A stretch of DNA of 64,000 bases, taken from assembly GCA_963675665.1 (NCBI GenBank), contig OY776510.1:1696001-1760000 (forward strand). Direction: 5' to 3'. Source of the stretch: Spirochaetia bacterium (GTDB taxonomy: Bacteria; Spirochaetota; Spirochaetia; UBA9216). The stretch's first letter is position 1. Each line of letters begins with the position of its first letter. Of the stretch, positions 39,570-49,683 are shown one piece after another. The notes under the pieces were generated by a model. It was not told the DNA's origin. It saw nothing but the letters and a program-made list of their open reading frames with translations, and searched no databases. The translations under genes were made by a program, and so were the position numbers.

Positions 39570-40763
39570 ATGAGCAAAAAGGCTCTAGAGGGGATTAAAG
39601 TAATCGATCTTTCGCGGGTCATTGCCGGTCCTAACTGCACTATGATTCTTGGAGACCTAGGGGCCGAAATCATCAAGATTGAGAAAAAGGGAGAAGGAGA
39701 TATTAGTCGGGGTTATGAACCATTTTATAAAGGGGAGTCTACATATTTCATGACCTACAATCGTAATAAAAAGAGTGTTACTCTAGATTTCAGGCATGAG
39801 AAGGCGGTTGAGGTGCTTGAAAAGCTAATAGTAAATGCTGATGTCTTAGTAGAGAACTTCAAAGCAGGTACTCTTGAAAAGATGGGCCTTTCTCCGGAAA
39901 GACTGCTAGAACTGAATCCCCGTATTGTCATCACAAGGATATCAGGTTTCGGGCAGACTGGTCCGTATATGAATAGAGCATGTTTTGACGCGGTAGCACA
40001 GTCGTTGAGCGGTCTTATGGATATCACCGGAGAGCCAAAAGGAAATCCAGTCATGGTGGGGACTTATGTCTGTGACCTGATGGCCGGTGTATATGCCGCA
40101 GTCGGGACGCTTGCCGCGCTCAATTCGCGAAATAGTACCTGTAAAGGTCAAGTTGTAGATGTCGCTCTGCTTGATGCGGCGAGTGCGATGACACATTCGG
40201 CAATACTTAACTATTTCATGCTGGGATTAGTTATGGAGAGAAATGGCAACCAGGATAGGGCGGCGTGGCCTGCTAATTTTTACACCACTCGTGATGGCCG
40301 TATGGTGTTTATTCACGCTGGTCAAGACCCCGCATTTGCAAATCTTTGTAAAATACTAGGACGTGAGGATCTTTTAGAAAACGATGAATACAAATTTCTT
40401 TCAAACCGTAAGAAACATATAGATGAATGCGATACACTGGTACGTTCTTGGACGATGCAGAACGATCTGGAATTTATATTGGAAACATGCGAGAAAAGTG
40501 GACTACCGTGTGCGCCGGTAAATTCTATAGAGGAAATGATACATAACGAACAACTGATTTCAAGGCAGATGATTCGCGATGTTGAAGATGATAAATTCGG
40601 TACTATCAAGGCTAGTGGCCCGGTAATAAAAATGTCTGATACCAACCCCGATGTATATCGGCACGCTCCGCGTCTTGGCGAGGATAACCTTGAAGTTTAT
40701 ATGAAGGAGCTATGTATCACACGCGTGGAGTATGAGGAGCTTGTAAGCAGCGGCGCAATCTGA
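39570..40763 (+). CDS. CaiB/BaiF (family III) CoA-transferase
   Basis: 'ALEGIKVIDLSRVIAGP', 'NRNKKSVTLD', 'ISGFGQTGPY', catalytic Asp in 'YVCDLMAG'. Confidence 0.9.
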   Translation: MSKKALEGIKVIDLSRVIAGPNCTMILGDLGAEIIKIEKKGEGDISRGYEPFYKGESTYFMTYNRNKKSVTLDFRHEKAVEVLEKLIVNADVLVENFKAGTLEKMGLSPERLLELNPRIVITRISGFGQTGPYMNRACFDAVAQSLSGLMDITGEPKGNPVMVGTYVCDLMAGVYAAVGTLAALNSRNSTCKGQVVDVALLDAASAMTHSAILNYFMLGLVMERNGNQDRAAWPANFYTTRDGRMVFIHAGQDPAFANLCKILGREDLLENDEYKFLSNRKKHIDECDTLVRSWTMQNDLEFILETCEKSGLPCAPVNSIEEMIHNEQLISRQMIRDVEDDKFGTIKASGPVIKMSDTNPDVYRHAPRLGEDNLEVYMKELCITRVEYEELVSSGAI

Positions 40764-40843
40764 GTACAAAATAAAAAACAAAGAAACTATTTTAAAAAAT
40801 CGTCAATAATGTATTAATAATTTGTAGCGATGAAGCAATAAAA

Positions 40844-41881
40844 ATGCAAAAGAAAAGGAAATTAGCAATGGAACTTAAAAATTCAAGCATGGATAAAACT
40901 TGGAGAGATATAACCGATCCCAGGAGGGCTGAAACTGTGGATGATCTTGAAGCAGGCCTCAAGGAACCCGAATTCGAGAATCTGGAGATACCTGAGCATC
41001 TCGGCCCTATAAGTATTATAATTGATGACCACAAGGTCAAACGCTACTCTTTTGAAATTGACGATTATTCTCCGTGGTCGCTTGAGAAGAGTCCGTTCTT
41101 TGACGGGCAACGGATTGCGCAGGCTGGATTGCTTACGAACGATCTTTTACAGTTATTCACCTTGGTATACAGAGGAAGTCATGTGATCGGACTTCACACC
41201 GAAGAACAGATCTGGTTTGAAAACCCTGCAAAAATTGATGAGAAGATAGTACTGGATGGAGAGTATACAGAATCTTATATAAGTCGCGGACAAGGATATG
41301 TGGTAATGAATGCTTTGGCGAAGGGGGAAGACGGTCGTGTGATAGTGCGTCACAGGGGAGTGGAGATATTAAAAACGATACCGGGTAATATTGCAGGACG
41401 CTCGAGTACAGTGCCGGACGATCGCGTAACTGGAGAAATAGAAGAAGGAGCCCGTTTTATAGATAAAGCGTTCGATGATATAAAACAGGAAGATGCTCTA
41501 TATCCTGTGAATAAGGTCATAACTGCTGAGCAGGCGGCTGTGTTTTCAAGAGTGGGAGAGTTCGTTACCAATATACATAATAATCTTGAGAAGGCTAGGG
41601 AAGGAAACCTTCGAATGCCAATTGTTCAGGGCGCGCAGATGTTCTGTACATTGACACAGGTGCTAACGGGATTTTTTGGAAAGGATTTTTTCACCAGCGG
41701 ATGGTTGAGGACTAAATTCCTGGCGCCTGTGAAAGTATTTGAACCATTTAAAATATCTGGCCGTGTGACCGGAATAAAAGATCGTGAAAATGGGAAGAAA
41801 AAGGTGTCTCTTGAGGTGTGGATTAGACGTAGCAGCGATGAAAGACTTGCTGTGATCGGATGGGCAAGCTGTGAGATTTAA
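40844..41881 (+). CDS. double hot-dog (MaoC-like) dehydratase-family protein
   Basis: 'LHTEEQIWFENPA' in first half; 'NIHNNLEKAREGNLRMPIVQG' and 'TKFLAPV' in second half. Confidence 0.65.
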   Translation: MQKKRKLAMELKNSSMDKTWRDITDPRRAETVDDLEAGLKEPEFENLEIPEHLGPISIIIDDHKVKRYSFEIDDYSPWSLEKSPFFDGQRIAQAGLLTNDLLQLFTLVYRGSHVIGLHTEEQIWFENPAKIDEKIVLDGEYTESYISRGQGYVVMNALAKGEDGRVIVRHRGVEILKTIPGNIAGRSSTVPDDRVTGEIEEGARFIDKAFDDIKQEDALYPVNKVITAEQAAVFSRVGEFVTNIHNNLEKAREGNLRMPIVQGAQMFCTLTQVLTGFFGKDFFTSGWLRTKFLAPVKVFEPFKISGRVTGIKDRENGKKKVSLEVWIRRSSDERLAVIGWASCEI

Positions 41882-42076
41882 GGATGGATGTTAATAAAGT
41901 AATTATCAGTTTGTAAATTGATAAACTGACCGAAATTCAAGTTTTCATATCAGTGGATATTCTTATTGTCAGTTATATAGTACATAATGATCTTTTTCCT
42001 AAAACTGACTCCGGAATATGTTAGGAAATTGAAAACCTGTGTTAAAACTTAGCGGGAGACGAGATGAAAGGATCAG

Positions 42077-42182
42077 TAATTGCATTTAGCAATGGCTGTA
42101 TTCTTTTAGAGTTTTTTCGGATATTTTAGCTTGTTTACAATGTCAGAATTGATATCAGAATTGAAGATTTTTCTTAAAATGT
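42077..42182 (+). repeat. 106-bp imperfect direct repeat, copy 2 (ends at IS256 terminus)
   Basis: aligns to 16950-17055. Confidence 0.85.
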
Positions 42183-42917
42183 GAGCCTGTAAATACTTTT
42201 GTGTAACTGCAATTTTTTTTCATCGATGAATCGTTCTCCGTATTCAATCTGAAAGCGGTTCATCGCTGGTTTCCATTCTCGAAGCGGCATAGTCCATTTC
42301 TTGGATGCCTGTTGAACAGCTAAATATATCACTTTAAAGGCGGATTTGTCATTCGGGAATATCCGCCGGTTTTTTATCGCTTTTCTAATTACGCTGTTTA
42401 GTGATTCAATGGCGTTTGTTGTATAGATGATTTTTGTGATTTCATCCGGATAGTCAAATATGGCAATCAGGTTATCCCAATTGCGCCGCCAGATTTTACT
42501 GATTGATGCGTAACGGGAATCCCATTTTTTTTCAAATCGGGTGAGTTCATTCTCAGCATCATCTAAGGTTATTGATGAGTAAATCTGTTTGAGATCACCG
42601 GCCAACTCTTTCCGGTCTTTATAAGAAACATACTTCAGCGAGTTTCTGACCATGTGAACGATGCAGAGCTGTATTTTTGCTTTCGGGTATACAGCATTTA
42701 TAGCCTCTGGGAAACCAGTTAAACCATCAACGCTGAAGATGAAGACATCTTTAACACCACGGGTTTGAAGTTCAGTTAAAACACCCATCCAGAATTTTGC
42801 ACCTTCATTTTCAGATATCCAGAGCCCCAATAATTCTTTAAATCCTTCGGTGTTAACACCTAAGGCCAGATATACTGCTTTTTTGATAACTCTTTTATCC
42901 TGATGAACCTTAATTCC
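42183..42917 (-). mobile_element. IS256 family element, 5'-truncated by IS66
   Basis: terminal GAGCCTGTAAATACTTTTGTGTAAC at 42183; transposase C half 'KAVYLALGV..G.KELLGLW', 'DGLTGF', 'QLCIVH', 'IYTTNAIES'. Confidence 0.9.
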
Positions 42918-42989
42918 GTAACCGTCAAAACAACCGCACCTTATGTTGAACTCTGAAATCTATTAAACTCCGGGAAGCTGGAGGAAATA

Positions 42990-43304
42990 ATGAACAAGCA
43001 ATATACCGCTAAAGAGCGAGCAGACTATCTCACAGAATGGCGTGAGTCCGGGATGTCCGGAGGTCAGTTCTGCCGTGAGAATGATATACGGCCAACCACG
43101 TTTTATAACTGGACCAAACAAGAACGGCAGAAACAGAGAACACAAAAACCGGGTTTCGTAAAATTGCCAATGCTTGAAATACCTGCTGTGAAGAAAAATA
43201 TAATCCTCGAACACGGTGGTTGGAAAATAATCCTGCAGCCTGGATTCAGCAGAGAAGATGCAATGGCAGCGATGGACCTGGTGGAAACGAAAAGTGTTTC
43301 CTGA
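42990..43304 (+). CDS. tnpA: IS66 accessory protein TnpA
   Basis: 'WRESGMSGGQFCRENDIRPTTFYNW'. Confidence 0.9.
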   Translation: MNKQYTAKERADYLTEWRESGMSGGQFCRENDIRPTTFYNWTKQERQKQRTQKPGFVKLPMLEIPAVKKNIILEHGGWKIILQPGFSREDAMAAMDLVETKSVS

Positions 43305-43641
43305 TTTCTCCAAGATAAAGATATTCATAAAACCAGGCAGTACCGATATGAGAAAAGCAATAAATGGCTTATCTATGATAGTAGCTGATGAGCTTGAATC
43401 AGATCCACTATCAGGCAATCTATTTTTATTTTGCAATAAAGAGAGACGGAATTTGAAAGCTCTCTATTGGGATAAAAACGGGTTTTGTTTATGGCAGAAG
43501 AAACTTGAAAAACATCGCTTTCCATGGCCGAAAAATAATCAGGATGCAATAGAGCTGAAGCAGACTGAGCTTGACATGCTTCTAAAGGGTATAGATTTCT
43601 GGAATGCTCATACAGAATTAAAATATTCTGAAATAACATAG
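43294..43641 (+). CDS. tnpB: IS66 accessory protein TnpB
   Basis: 'TDMRKAINGL', 'LYWDKNGFCLWQKKLEK'. Confidence 0.95.
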   Translation: MFPDFSKIKIFIKPGSTDMRKAINGLSMIVADELESDPLSGNLFLFCNKERRNLKALYWDKNGFCLWQKKLEKHRFPWPKNNQDAIELKQTELDMLLKGIDFWNAHTELKYSEIT

Positions 43642-43685
43642 TATAAGGAATTTACCCTCGGATCAAAAAATGCTAGACTTAAGAT

Positions 43686-45197
43686 ATGGATGTTGAAAAG
43701 CTTCCTGAAGAAGTACAGCAATACATCAAAGATATTGAACGAAAATGGGCAACGAAATACCAGGCGCTGGAAGAGCGTTTCAAGCTTGAATTGTTCAAGA
43801 AATATAATCGTTCCAGCGAGAAAGACACAGCCGCTCAGATATTACTTTTTGATAGTGAACCGGATATTGCTCCCGAAGAAGAATCTGAAACTCAGAAGGT
43901 AGAATCCTATACCAAAAAGAAACCTGGTCGAAAGAAGATAAACGAGAATCTTCCCCGTGAAGAAATCCTTATTGATATACCCGAAGAAGAGAAGAAATGC
44001 GCTTGCGGAGCAGAACTGGTTAGAATAGGCGAAGAAATATCCGAACGAATAAAAGTTGTACCGGAACAGATGTGGGTAGAAAGAACCATCAGACCCAAAT
44101 ATGCCTGTAAGACTTGTGAAGGCAGCGGAGATGAAGATAAACCTGCGGTGCGGATAGCCCCGACTGCTCCCACAATCTTTCCCAAAAGCATAGTAACACC
44201 CGAGCTCCTTGCATTTTTGCTTGTAAATAAATATGTAGATCATTTGCCTTTCTACCGGCAGGAAAAGAGATTTGAGCGAATAGGGATCAGCATAAGCCGA
44301 CAGGATATGAGCAACTGGCAAAGACAGGCATATGAAGCTCTTATAATCCTGCTTGAACTGATGAAAGAACATCTGAAAACCGGTTCGGTTATGCAGATGG
44401 ATGAAACGAGAATACAGGTTCACAATGAACCGGATAGGCCTGCTACTCGAAACTCCTATATGTGGCTTGCCCGAGGGGGGCCTCCGGGGCAAGTTGCAAT
44501 TCTATATGAATATCATGAAACGAGGGGTTCTAAGAATATTCGCAGTTTTCTGGACGGATTCAGCGGCTATCTTCAGACTGACGGTTATGAAGCATATGTT
44601 ACAGCGTTGAAAGATTATCCAGATATAATTCATGCCGGTTGTTTTGCTCATGCAAGACGGAAATTCTTTGATGCATCAAGAGTATCCAAGAAACCTGGCA
44701 GTGCTGCTGAAGGGCTGAAATATATTCAGAAACTGTATTTGATAGAGAATGAACTCAGAGCTAAAAACTTAAGTGAACCCGAGTTTCTTGCAGAAAGAAA
44801 AAAGAAGGCAGAACCGCTATTGGCCAAGTTCAGTTCCTGGCTTGAGAAAAGGCAGCATAATGTTGTTCCTTCGACTGAACTCGGAAAAGCGATATCATAT
44901 ACAATTGGGCAATGGAGCAAACTTGTAAATTATCTTGAATCACCTTATTTGACTCCGGATAATAATGCCTGTGAAAATGCTATCAGGCCGTTTGTGTTGG
45001 GCAGGAAAAACTGGTTGTTTGCCGGCAGCCCAAAAGGTGCTGAGAGTTCTTGCGGGATTTATTCACTTGTTGAAACAGCAAAGCAAAACGATCTCAACCC
45101 TTATGTTTATCTGAGAAAAGTATTTACCGAAGCTCCGTTGATGAAGTCCAGTGAAGATTGGCAGGAGCTTCTTCCCTGGAATATTTATCTTAACTGA
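43686..45197 (+). CDS. tnpC: IS66 transposase TnpC
   Basis: 'MDETRIQV', 'LQTDGY', 'CFAHARRKF', 'DNNACENAIRPFVLGRKNWLF'. Confidence 0.95.
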   Translation: MDVEKLPEEVQQYIKDIERKWATKYQALEERFKLELFKKYNRSSEKDTAAQILLFDSEPDIAPEEESETQKVESYTKKKPGRKKINENLPREEILIDIPEEEKKCACGAELVRIGEEISERIKVVPEQMWVERTIRPKYACKTCEGSGDEDKPAVRIAPTAPTIFPKSIVTPELLAFLLVNKYVDHLPFYRQEKRFERIGISISRQDMSNWQRQAYEALIILLELMKEHLKTGSVMQMDETRIQVHNEPDRPATRNSYMWLARGGPPGQVAILYEYHETRGSKNIRSFLDGFSGYLQTDGYEAYVTALKDYPDIIHAGCFAHARRKFFDASRVSKKPGSAAEGLKYIQKLYLIENELRAKNLSEPEFLAERKKKAEPLLAKFSSWLEKRQHNVVPSTELGKAISYTIGQWSKLVNYLESPYLTPDNNACENAIRPFVLGRKNWLFAGSPKGAESSCGIYSLVETAKQNDLNPYVYLRKVFTEAPLMKSSEDWQELLPWNIYLN

Positions 45198-45201
45198 TTT
45201 T

Positions 45202-46413
45202 TCAGGGTGCGGTTGTTTTTACGGTTACGTATATACTTGAAATATGGGCCTTTACTGTACGTTCCTTAATGAGCAATGCCCGCGCGGTTTTCCCGATAGT
45301 CCACCCTGCCGTCAGGTATTCAAGCACTTCCGTCTCTCTTGAAGTGAGGTGATAGGCGGCAAGCAGTTCTCTAAACCCCGGAACGACTGTTCCGGTCACA
45401 AGAACGCCCAGAGGATCAGAAAACCGGTCAAAGATTGGCCTGACACGAAGGTCCACGGTCAAGACGCTGCCTCCGTCGTTACCGGAACGTGGAATTGTTA
45501 CGGTATGGAGATGTGAAGGCGTTCCCATTCTCCACTCGTTCAGACTTGAAAGCACCGGCGTTACCCTGTGTTCAATTATAAGATGCCTGCTTTCGGTCAG
45601 CATCTGTTTTTCGCCCAGGATCCTTTCGGCCTTGCCGTTCATGTAGGCGAGTTTTCCTTTAAGATCATAAAGAAGCACAAGATCCTCAACAGAATCAAGT
45701 ATGGTCTTTGTAAGCTGTTCAGGAGCAATTTGCAGGAAGCCGTATTTCCATATAGCATATAGCATTGTTAACACCCAGGGGCAGAAACACAGGGTTGACT
45801 GCGACGGTATGTCCCAGCCGGGAATGAAACCGTTTAGGTAATATTCTGCGAGTATTATAACTGCCAGTACTGCGGAAACCTTTGAAAGAACGGCTGCCTG
45901 CTTTTTCTCCCTTGCAAGACCGGCAGAATGTATATTCCTCAGGTAGAAAAATACGGGGACCATCCATGTAGACAGTGCGTATGCCATCCAGATCTTTTGC
46001 AGCGGATCCGTAACGGGCAGGTTCCAGAGTATCTCACCATCCGGAGAGATTGCCGGATCAAGACTTATCGGGTGAAAAAAGTTGATTACGCAGAAAATCA
46101 GGGCGGGAGTATAGAGCGCAAGAGCAAGTACATGCGGCATCGGCTTTCCGTACCGTATGGAATATGCGAAATGAAGGTTCAGCGGAAAAAACAGAAACAA
46201 GCCTATGCAGGAAACCGGCACAAGCACCCGAAGGACATCAAGGCTTACCGTGTTATATACAAAATATGCAAGAATGTTCCACTGGAACAATGCAAGGGCC
46301 GCAAGAGTAAGGATATTATGACTGCTTGTCCTCGGCCGCATCCGGCAAAGCATCAGAAACATCAGAAAATACAGTGTGGAAGAAACGAGGTTCAGCAGGC
46401 TGATGACAACCAT
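45202..46413 (-). pseudogene. 7TM sensor + PAS-like + LuxR HTH one-component regulator, C terminus clipped by IS66
   Basis: about seven hydrophobic segments; 'LTSRETEVLEYLTAGWT...LLIKERTVKAHISSIY' followed by IS-derived 'VTVKTTAP*'. Confidence 0.8.
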
Positions 46414-46534
46414 GGATTATTTTAATCCCTTTATCCTGAAAATCACAGAAAAATAAATATGTTTACCTGGGATATCAGTAAATTTAAAATAAAACGATCA
46501 TATTACAGGATGTAAATTCGCCTCAGCCGAGCCG

Positions 46535-46554
46535 TATTGTACCTTGGTACAATA
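46535..46554. promoter_or_regulatory. palindrome, candidate LuxR-type operator
   Basis: TATTGTACC-TT-GGTACAATA between the divergent regulator and lipoprotein genes. Confidence 0.55.
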
Positions 46555-46606
46555 TGCAGCTTTTTATTTCCGGCTTATAATTTAAGGTAAAAAAAGGGTT
46601 TATATT

Positions 46607-48322
46607 ATGAAAAAGATTTTTTGTTTTATTGCCGCGACACTTTTATTTTTCCTTTCTCTTGCAGGTTGCGTTGATACTCCTTCCATAGAAACTGCCGTTC
46701 TCTCGTTTGTTTTCAGGGCCGCCGACAACCCGGCTCTTTCAGAAGACGTTACCGCCGATCTATCCGGAACTTCGATAACGGCTTTATGCCCCGCCGGAAC
46801 CGATCTTACAGCGCTTGTGCCTGCCGTCACAGTTTCCGAAGGCGCCTCGATCTCTCCGGCCGGCGGAATGGCGCAGGATTTTTCCGGCCCTGTAAACTAC
46901 AGGGTCACGGCAGCTGACGGGGAATCGTATACGGATTATACTGTTTCGGTTTCTGCCGGATCCTTTACCCTGAGATCTTCAGTTAGCCGGCTGAAGTCAT
47001 GGTTCTGGTACGCCGACGCCGGCACGGATGATTTAACCTTCAGTATATATGAAGAGGACGGTCTGGACTGCAGCTGGACGGTAACGGTCGATGTGTCCTG
47101 GGCGTCACTTGATTCGGTATCCGGAAATCTTACAGGCAGCGCGGCGGCTCTTACATGCACGATAGATTCCGCCGGCCTTACATCCGGCACTCACAGCGGA
47201 ACGGCAGTATTCAGCACGGGCACAGGGCAGGACTTGACTGTCAACCTGACGGCGGTAGTAGCCGAGCCGATCCAGCATGTAATAGATACGGGACTTTCAG
47301 TCCCGTCAAGCATTTCAGCGGCGGACATAGACGGCGACGGCGATACCGACATTGCCGCAAGCGGTGGGGGAACATATCTTTATAAAAACGACGGTTCAGG
47401 CGGTTTCGGCGCAAAGGTAACCGTACAGGGGACAGCCGAGGGCGCGGGAGACCGTATGCGGATAGCCGATATGGACGGCGATAATGAGCTTGATATCATC
47501 AATAACTCGCCCGTCGGGGTCTCGCCGCAGTATACCCTTATCTGGTACCAGAACGACGGAAATGAAAACTTCACACAGAATAACATTCTTGCTACTTCGT
47601 ACTGCTACGGAATAGATACAGGAGATTTTGACGGCGACGGGCTTACTGATATCATCGGTTACAGGAGTCTTGGCGGAGGGTATTGGGCCAACAGTATCTG
47701 GATAAACGAGCTTGACGAGGCCTCTCCGGGCTGGAACGAACAGCAATATTACCTGACAACCTATGCCACATTGCACTGGTCTGCTGATATGGACGGGGAC
47801 GGGGACCTTGATATTGCCTGTATCTCTCAACCTTCCTACTATCGTGTATACTGGTATGAAAACGACGGCGCGTCTCCTCCCGGTTTTACAGGTAATTCCA
47901 TCATTAATACGGAAGATTCCATTTCAGCCATTTCTCCTCTGGATTTCAACGGAGACGGACATACCGACATTGCTGCAGTCGTTAACGGCAACCTGTACAT
48001 CTTTGCAAACGACGGCGCAGCCGAACCTTCATTCGCCGTACCTGACGACCCGGCGGCATCCGGACTTTCGTATTCATATTCACTGAATGCCGGAGACCTC
48101 AACGGCGACGGGCTGGACGACGTTATCATCGCATCAACGGCTTCGGACACGGTGGTTATCTGCCTCAGTACGGGAGAGACCGCTCCGGGATGGCCTGTTT
48201 ACACGGTTACTACCGGTTTCGATGCCGGCGAGGTGATTGCCCTTGACGCCGACTGCGACGGCGATACCGACCTTGCAGGGGTATCAATCGCCGGTAATCT
48301 TGTTGTCTGGTGGGAGCTGTAG
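46607..48322 (+). CDS. FG-GAP/VCBS repeat lipoprotein with N-terminal Ig-like domains
   Basis: lipobox 'LAGC'; 'QDFSGPVNYRVTAADG' (DUF5018-like); about seven 'D(I/M/F/L)xGDGxxD' repeats. Confidence 0.8.
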   Translation: MKKIFCFIAATLLFFLSLAGCVDTPSIETAVLSFVFRAADNPALSEDVTADLSGTSITALCPAGTDLTALVPAVTVSEGASISPAGGMAQDFSGPVNYRVTAADGESYTDYTVSVSAGSFTLRSSVSRLKSWFWYADAGTDDLTFSIYEEDGLDCSWTVTVDVSWASLDSVSGNLTGSAAALTCTIDSAGLTSGTHSGTAVFSTGTGQDLTVNLTAVVAEPIQHVIDTGLSVPSSISAADIDGDGDTDIAASGGGTYLYKNDGSGGFGAKVTVQGTAEGAGDRMRIADMDGDNELDIINNSPVGVSPQYTLIWYQNDGNENFTQNNILATSYCYGIDTGDFDGDGLTDIIGYRSLGGGYWANSIWINELDEASPGWNEQQYYLTTYATLHWSADMDGDGDLDIACISQPSYYRVYWYENDGASPPGFTGNSIINTEDSISAISPLDFNGDGHTDIAAVVNGNLYIFANDGAAEPSFAVPDDPAASGLSYSYSLNAGDLNGDGLDDVIIASTASDTVVICLSTGETAPGWPVYTVTTGFDAGEVIALDADCDGDTDLAGVSIAGNLVVWWEL

Positions 48323-48388
48323 AAGCGGCCGGCTTTCGGTGAATCGACTGTATGCAATTTAATTTTCATCGGGATAATGAACGCCTGA

Positions 48389-49396
48389 CTAGCATGATGA
48401 ACGAACAATCAGATTGGTTGGAATTCTGTATTCTTTTACAGGCATATCAACTTCATGAATCCTGTCAAGCAATACTTTCGCAGCTGTTTTTCCGATTAAT
48501 TCCCTGTCCTGGTTTACAGCAGTTATTGCGGGTGAAGTCATGGAAAGCCAGAAGGCATTGTCGAATGTGACGACAGCAACATCTTCGGGGAATTTGTAAT
48601 TGTTTTCCAGTAAGTAGCTTACGGCGCCTACAGCTGCCAGTTCATTTCCGCAAAGAAAAGCCGTTACTTTTTTTTCTTCAACGAGATATCGGGCCAGTCT
48701 GTTTCCATCGCCGCTTTTTAAGTCGTTCAGAAGCTGTGAACCTCCGCTTCCCGTCGTTATAAGATCATTATCAACCGGAATTCCATGCTTTTTCAATGCA
48801 CCTTTAAAACCGTCTATCCTCTCTTTCATTGTACCGTCCAGATGAGATCCTATAAATCCTATATTGCGATGCCCTTTCCCGATTAGAATTTCCGCACCTT
48901 TGAATGCCCCTTCATAATTCATAGACATTATACAGTCGCCTGCATATCCTTCAGGGATACGATCGAAAAATACACACGGACATCTGTTCCGGACCAGGGA
49001 TTCCAGATAACTGCAGTCCTGGCCAACCGGCGCAATTATCAATCCATCAACATTTTGCATCATAAGTCTCTCTATATTCTCTCTTTCGATTTCCTTGTCT
49101 TCATTTGAGTTTATATAGATAAGATAGTAGCCTTCCGACTTTAAAACTTTATCAATACTCAGTGCGATATCCATAAAGAATGAATTCGACAGGTTGGATA
49201 CAACAACTCCGATTAATTTGGAGCTGCCGCTTCTTAATGTTCTTGCAACCGGATTAACATTATAATTAAGATCAGTTATAGCCTGCAAGACTTTTTCGGT
49301 AGTCTCAGGATTTACTTTTCTGGTTTTATTGATTACATGGGAGACAGTTGATACAGATACATTTGCACGTTGCGCTACATCCTTCATCGAACTCAT
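48389..49396 (-). CDS. LacI family transcriptional regulator
   Basis: 'MKDVAQRANVSVSTVSHVIN' plus sugar-binding domain. Confidence 0.95.
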   Translation of the reverse strand: MSSMKDVAQRANVSVSTVSHVINKTRKVNPETTEKVLQAITDLNYNVNPVARTLRSGSSKLIGVVVSNLSNSFFMDIALSIDKVLKSEGYYLIYINSNEDKEIERENIERLMMQNVDGLIIAPVGQDCSYLESLVRNRCPCVFFDRIPEGYAGDCIMSMNYEGAFKGAEILIGKGHRNIGFIGSHLDGTMKERIDGFKGALKKHGIPVDNDLITTGSGGSQLLNDLKSGDGNRLARYLVEEKKVTAFLCGNELAAVGAVSYLLENNYKFPEDVAVVTFDNAFWLSMTSPAITAVNQDRELIGKTAAKVLLDRIHEVDMPVKEYRIPTNLIVRSSC

Positions 49397-49411
49397 AATA
49401 ACTTTCCTCCA

Positions 49412-49560
49412 GTTTACGCAATCGTTTTCCTATTACGATACACCAACTGAAATCGATCGTCAAGTTTATAGAATTAACTGTCCGATTTTTTAAAAATTTA
49501 ATTTGACAAATGAGAAGTCCGGGTATATGATAAGAAAATCGATTGCGCAAACGATTTTAT
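49412..49560. promoter_or_regulatory. candidate LacI operators and promoter
   Basis: GTTTACGCAATCGTTTTC near 49412 and AAAATCGATTGCGCAAACGATTTT near 49535; TTGACA at 49504. Confidence 0.6.
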
Positions 49561-49683
49561 GTTTAATATTCAAAATTGTGATTTGATTATCAAGATATCT
49601 TCGTTATGAAATATTAAATAATCAAATTGAAAACAAAAATTGTAAAATCTGTGTTTTAATGAAAAGAAGGAGTTAGGTGAGTT

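Larger units (their letters stand above)
42918..45228 (+). mobile_element. IS66 family insertion sequence (complete, distinct from the first)
   Basis: 23-bp IRs GTAACCGT(C/A)AAAACAACCGCACC at 42918-42940 and 45206-45228. Confidence 0.95.

Noticed and set aside
47320-48275. Recurring GACGGCGACGG-like nucleotide repeats as a CRISPR or DGR signal
   Set aside because: They encode FG-GAP DxDGDG motifs with irregular spacing; no cas or reverse transcriptase gene is present
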